A DNA stretch of 64,000 nt from Podospora anserina (taxonomy: Eukaryota), in the NCBI GenBank assembly GCA_017654855.1, contig CM030338.1:3286001-3350000 (forward strand). Reading direction: 5' to 3'. Below, piece by piece: positions 61,140-64,000 of this stretch (position 1 is its first letter; every line of letters starts with the position of its first letter). The position numbers and the translations under genes were made by a program. Under the pieces are notes generated by a model. It saw only the letters and a program-made list of their open reading frames with translations, was not told the origin of the DNA and made no database searches.

Positions 61140-62841
61140 CTAACCCTGGTAACCAGAATAGCCGTTGTTGCCAAAGTTCTGAGGCGGGGCCTGGCCCTGG
61201 TTCCACTGTTGAGCATTGTTCGGGTTCGGACCCTGACCGCGCCCGTAACCGCCAGCACTGGGGGGACCACTGTAGCCCATAGGGCCACCGCCGTACGCAG
61301 CAGGAGACTGAGCCTGAGCTCCAGTGTAAGCGGCCTGCTGACCAGGACCAAAGTTGCCTAAAAACACGGTTAGCCAGTTGGTTACAATCGCGATCGGAAT
61401 GGAGAAAGAACATACCACCGTACTGGTTAAAGTAGGTAGAAGGAGTTCCAGGATAAGCGGGGGTCTGCGCGCTCTGAGGGCTGTACGCCTGGTTGGGATC
61501 GAACTGAGCCTGCTGAGCCTGAGGAGTCTTGTCCTTGCCCCACTATATATTGTTCTGTTAGCACTCGAACATGACAAAGTCAGGATGAAAGAATGGTACA
61601 TACGCTGCACTTGAGGGGGCGACCATTGACATTGTAGCCGTTCAACTGGCAAATGGCCATGGCCGCATTCTCATGGGTGTCCATCTTGATGAAGGCAAAA
61701 CCACGGTCCGCCTGGAAGCGGGACTCAACCACAAAACCAAAGTTCTGGAAAAGCGGGACCAAGTCGTTCTGGGTGGTGTACGGGGTCAAGTTGCCCACGT
61801 AGCAAGTTGTCTGCCAGGCCGGAGTCTGATTGACAATCATATCGTAAGAGTGAACGCCGTGGGTGGGGAAGTGATGATGGCCGTAGGGGGTCGTCGGGGT
61901 CATGCCCATCTGCTGCATGGCCTGCTGCTGGGCAATCGAAGGCTGGCCCTTCTGGTTGGCCCAGTTGCAACGGATGGCGCGAGAACCGAGCCACTCGCCG
62001 TCCATGGAGCTCAAAGCCTTCTCAGCCTCGGGACGGTCGCGGAAAGCAACGAAGCCATAACCGCGAGAACGGCCAGTCTTCATATCCCACATGACACGAG
62101 CCTCGGAAACCGAGCCGAAAGCGGAAAAGGCCTGAAGAAGGACCTCATCGTTGACCTCGTTAGAAAGATCGCCAACAAAGATGTGGAAGTGGTTGGAAGT
62201 GTCCTCCTTGTTCGTGTTGTTCGACTGATAAGCCCAGTTGACACGAATTTCCTGTACAGAAAAAGCGTCAGCTTCAAGTAACAAATCATCCAAGAAAACT
62301 CGAACTTACAGCCTGGTGAACACGACGGCCGTTCAAAGTCTGCATGGCACGCTCAGCCGAGCCGGGATCATCATATTCAACGAAGCCATAATTGTAACCC
62401 TTCGCCTGTGGCATTCAAGTCAGTCAATGTTGCTTTGTATCAGGCCATGAACTCGACAGTGCGACTCACGTTCTTGTCCGGGATGATCTTGACGTTCTGG
62501 ACGTGTCCAGTGGTCTCGAAGATTTGACGGAGAACGTCTTCGGTGACGCGGGGGTCGAGGCCACCCACGTAAAGGGCCCTCTTGTTGGGCTCGGGAGCGG
62601 CACGACGGGCGAAGGGGCCACCGCTCGTGGGAGAGATGATCCCACTCTTGTCGCCGCCGCCCAACGGCGATGTGATCGCAGTTGGGATGGGGTTGGTGTT
62701 CTGCGGGATATGGAGGGGCGGCGGGGGCATGTGCGCCGGGTTGCCATTGCCCTGGCCGTTCTCGTAGCCGGGCGCGCCGGCGTTGGCCTGGGGAGGAGGG
62801 GGGAGTTGGCCGGAGGCCGAAGCGGAACCGTTGTCAGCCAT
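61140..62841 (-). CDS. PUB1: Pub1/TIA-1 family three-RRM poly(U)-binding protein; exons 62841-62470, 62405-62310, 62251-61604, 61542-61416, 61357-61140 (486 aa)
   Basis: RALYVGGL, NYGFVEY, EIRVNWA, HIFVGDL, SRGYGFVAF, IRCNWA and TCYVGNL..LKCSWGK; Q/N/G-rich tail. Confidence 0.93.
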
Positions 62842-64000
62842 TTTGTTTGTTTGTTCGCTGGTGGCCGATGGATGTTTATACGGAAGTTCTTGAAGAGTTC
62901 GAAGAATCGCGACGTTGGGCGAAGCTGGCAAGGAAGACTGTCGTCTTCTTGGCAAAAGAAAGCCCCACTGTGAAGCTGGGCCGGCAAGGAAGCAAGCGAG
63001 CAAGAATACTTTGCGAAAGAAAAGAACCGGAGTGCTGGTTCCTGTTGTCGCAAAGCGGAGAGAGATGTGAAAGAAGAGGAAAAGCGTCAAATAGAGCAGA
63101 AAAATTTCCGACTCTTGTAGTTGCGACTGAACCTGGCGGGGCTGTTTTGAGCCTGGCCAACGATGCGAGATGCGGAAAGCGGGGGGGATAACGACAGCGT
63201 CAGCGCCTCCTTCCCGGTGTCGATGGATTCCGTTGAGTTCCGCGCCGAGAGTGTACGGGGGTAGAAGCTTGGAGTTGAGGGCTGTCGTCCTAGCTTTGCG
63301 ATACTTGCGATATGACAGCTAACGGTAGGAAAGCGGAGACAAGCTCAGCCAGGCAAAACTGAAAGGTAAGGTTGGTGATGATGATAAGAGAAACCGAGAC
63401 CAACAGTGAAAAAAACAGACAATCAAAGGAGAAACCCCCGAGAGTTGCTAGCAGCTGGCAGCCCGGTATCTGCGCCGACTACTTGACGAAGGAGAGGGGA
63501 AACAAGAGAGAAAAAACCCAGAGAGTGAGGAGAGCAAGGAGGTGATGGGAGGGGAAGGATTTTGCTCCAATCGTGCCATTGTCCTGGAATTGAGAGAAGC
63601 GGCACACAGTGCGGCGGCACCTTGATTGGGAGGGACGGCCTGGCCCCTCTGGAGCACGCTATGCCTATCGGTGATCCGTGCTCTGAAGTCGTCCCGTGTG
63701 TCTCCCTGCAGGGCAGCTGTCAATTGGCCTGGATGTAGTGGCCAGCCTTCTATCACGCAAGGCTATCTACGGGGAACCGAGGAGGGGTGGTGTTGGTGTT
63801 GGTGGGAGCGTTTACCGGGCACCAACCATTAACGGAGGCTGTTTGGGACCATCTAGAGAGAGATGGAGAGACGAGTACAAGTGCAACTGGACTCGTAATG
63901 GTACGCTTCGAACACAATCACCTAGTTGCCTGTTTGCGTTCTGGATGTGGCGTGTTTGCTAGCCGAGTCTTTGGCTGTCCCAAGCAAGGCCAAGTGAAGT

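Noticed and set aside
62842..63090. N-terminal extension of PUB1 suggested by the ORF track; likewise the GTG start at 58766 for YAK1 and the TTG start at 9565 for OAT
   Set aside because: Non-ATG starts in leader-like sequence; the downstream ATGs have good context and match the expected N-termini.

Overview
Eukaryotic, intron-containing DNA from a filamentous ascomycete. Gene content, short GT-AG introns with CTAAC/CTGAC branch sites and codon style suggest Sordariales, Podospora-like (inference). I reconstructed 17 protein-coding genes by hand; the spliced exon totals I summed are all divisible by 3. In order: AFI1/MesA-like polarity protein, S-formylglutathione hydrolase, a small secreted 8-Cys protein missed by the ORF track, GPI10, ornithine aminotransferase, ATG1, NUP188, trifunctional TRP1, a BRCT + WGR-like protein, a USE1-like SNARE, a 9-exon ankyrin + CorA-like membrane protein, NDUFAF7, POL1, a PPR protein, an RRM protein, YAK1 and PUB1. 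I saw no tRNA, rRNA, CRISPR array or intact transposon. Four observations stand out. (1) Strand-symmetric C/A-rich to G/T-rich switch points recur inside many genes regardless of gene orientation. (2) The ankyrin-CorA protein lacks the GMN Mg2+ filter and is bracketed by inverted telomere-like 11-mers; it is a candidate sensor-gated pore. (3) A dense TCGGACG motif cluster lies between two convergent genes. (4) The hidden Kex2-processed cysteine-rich secreted protein. Functional interpretations of all four are hypotheses.
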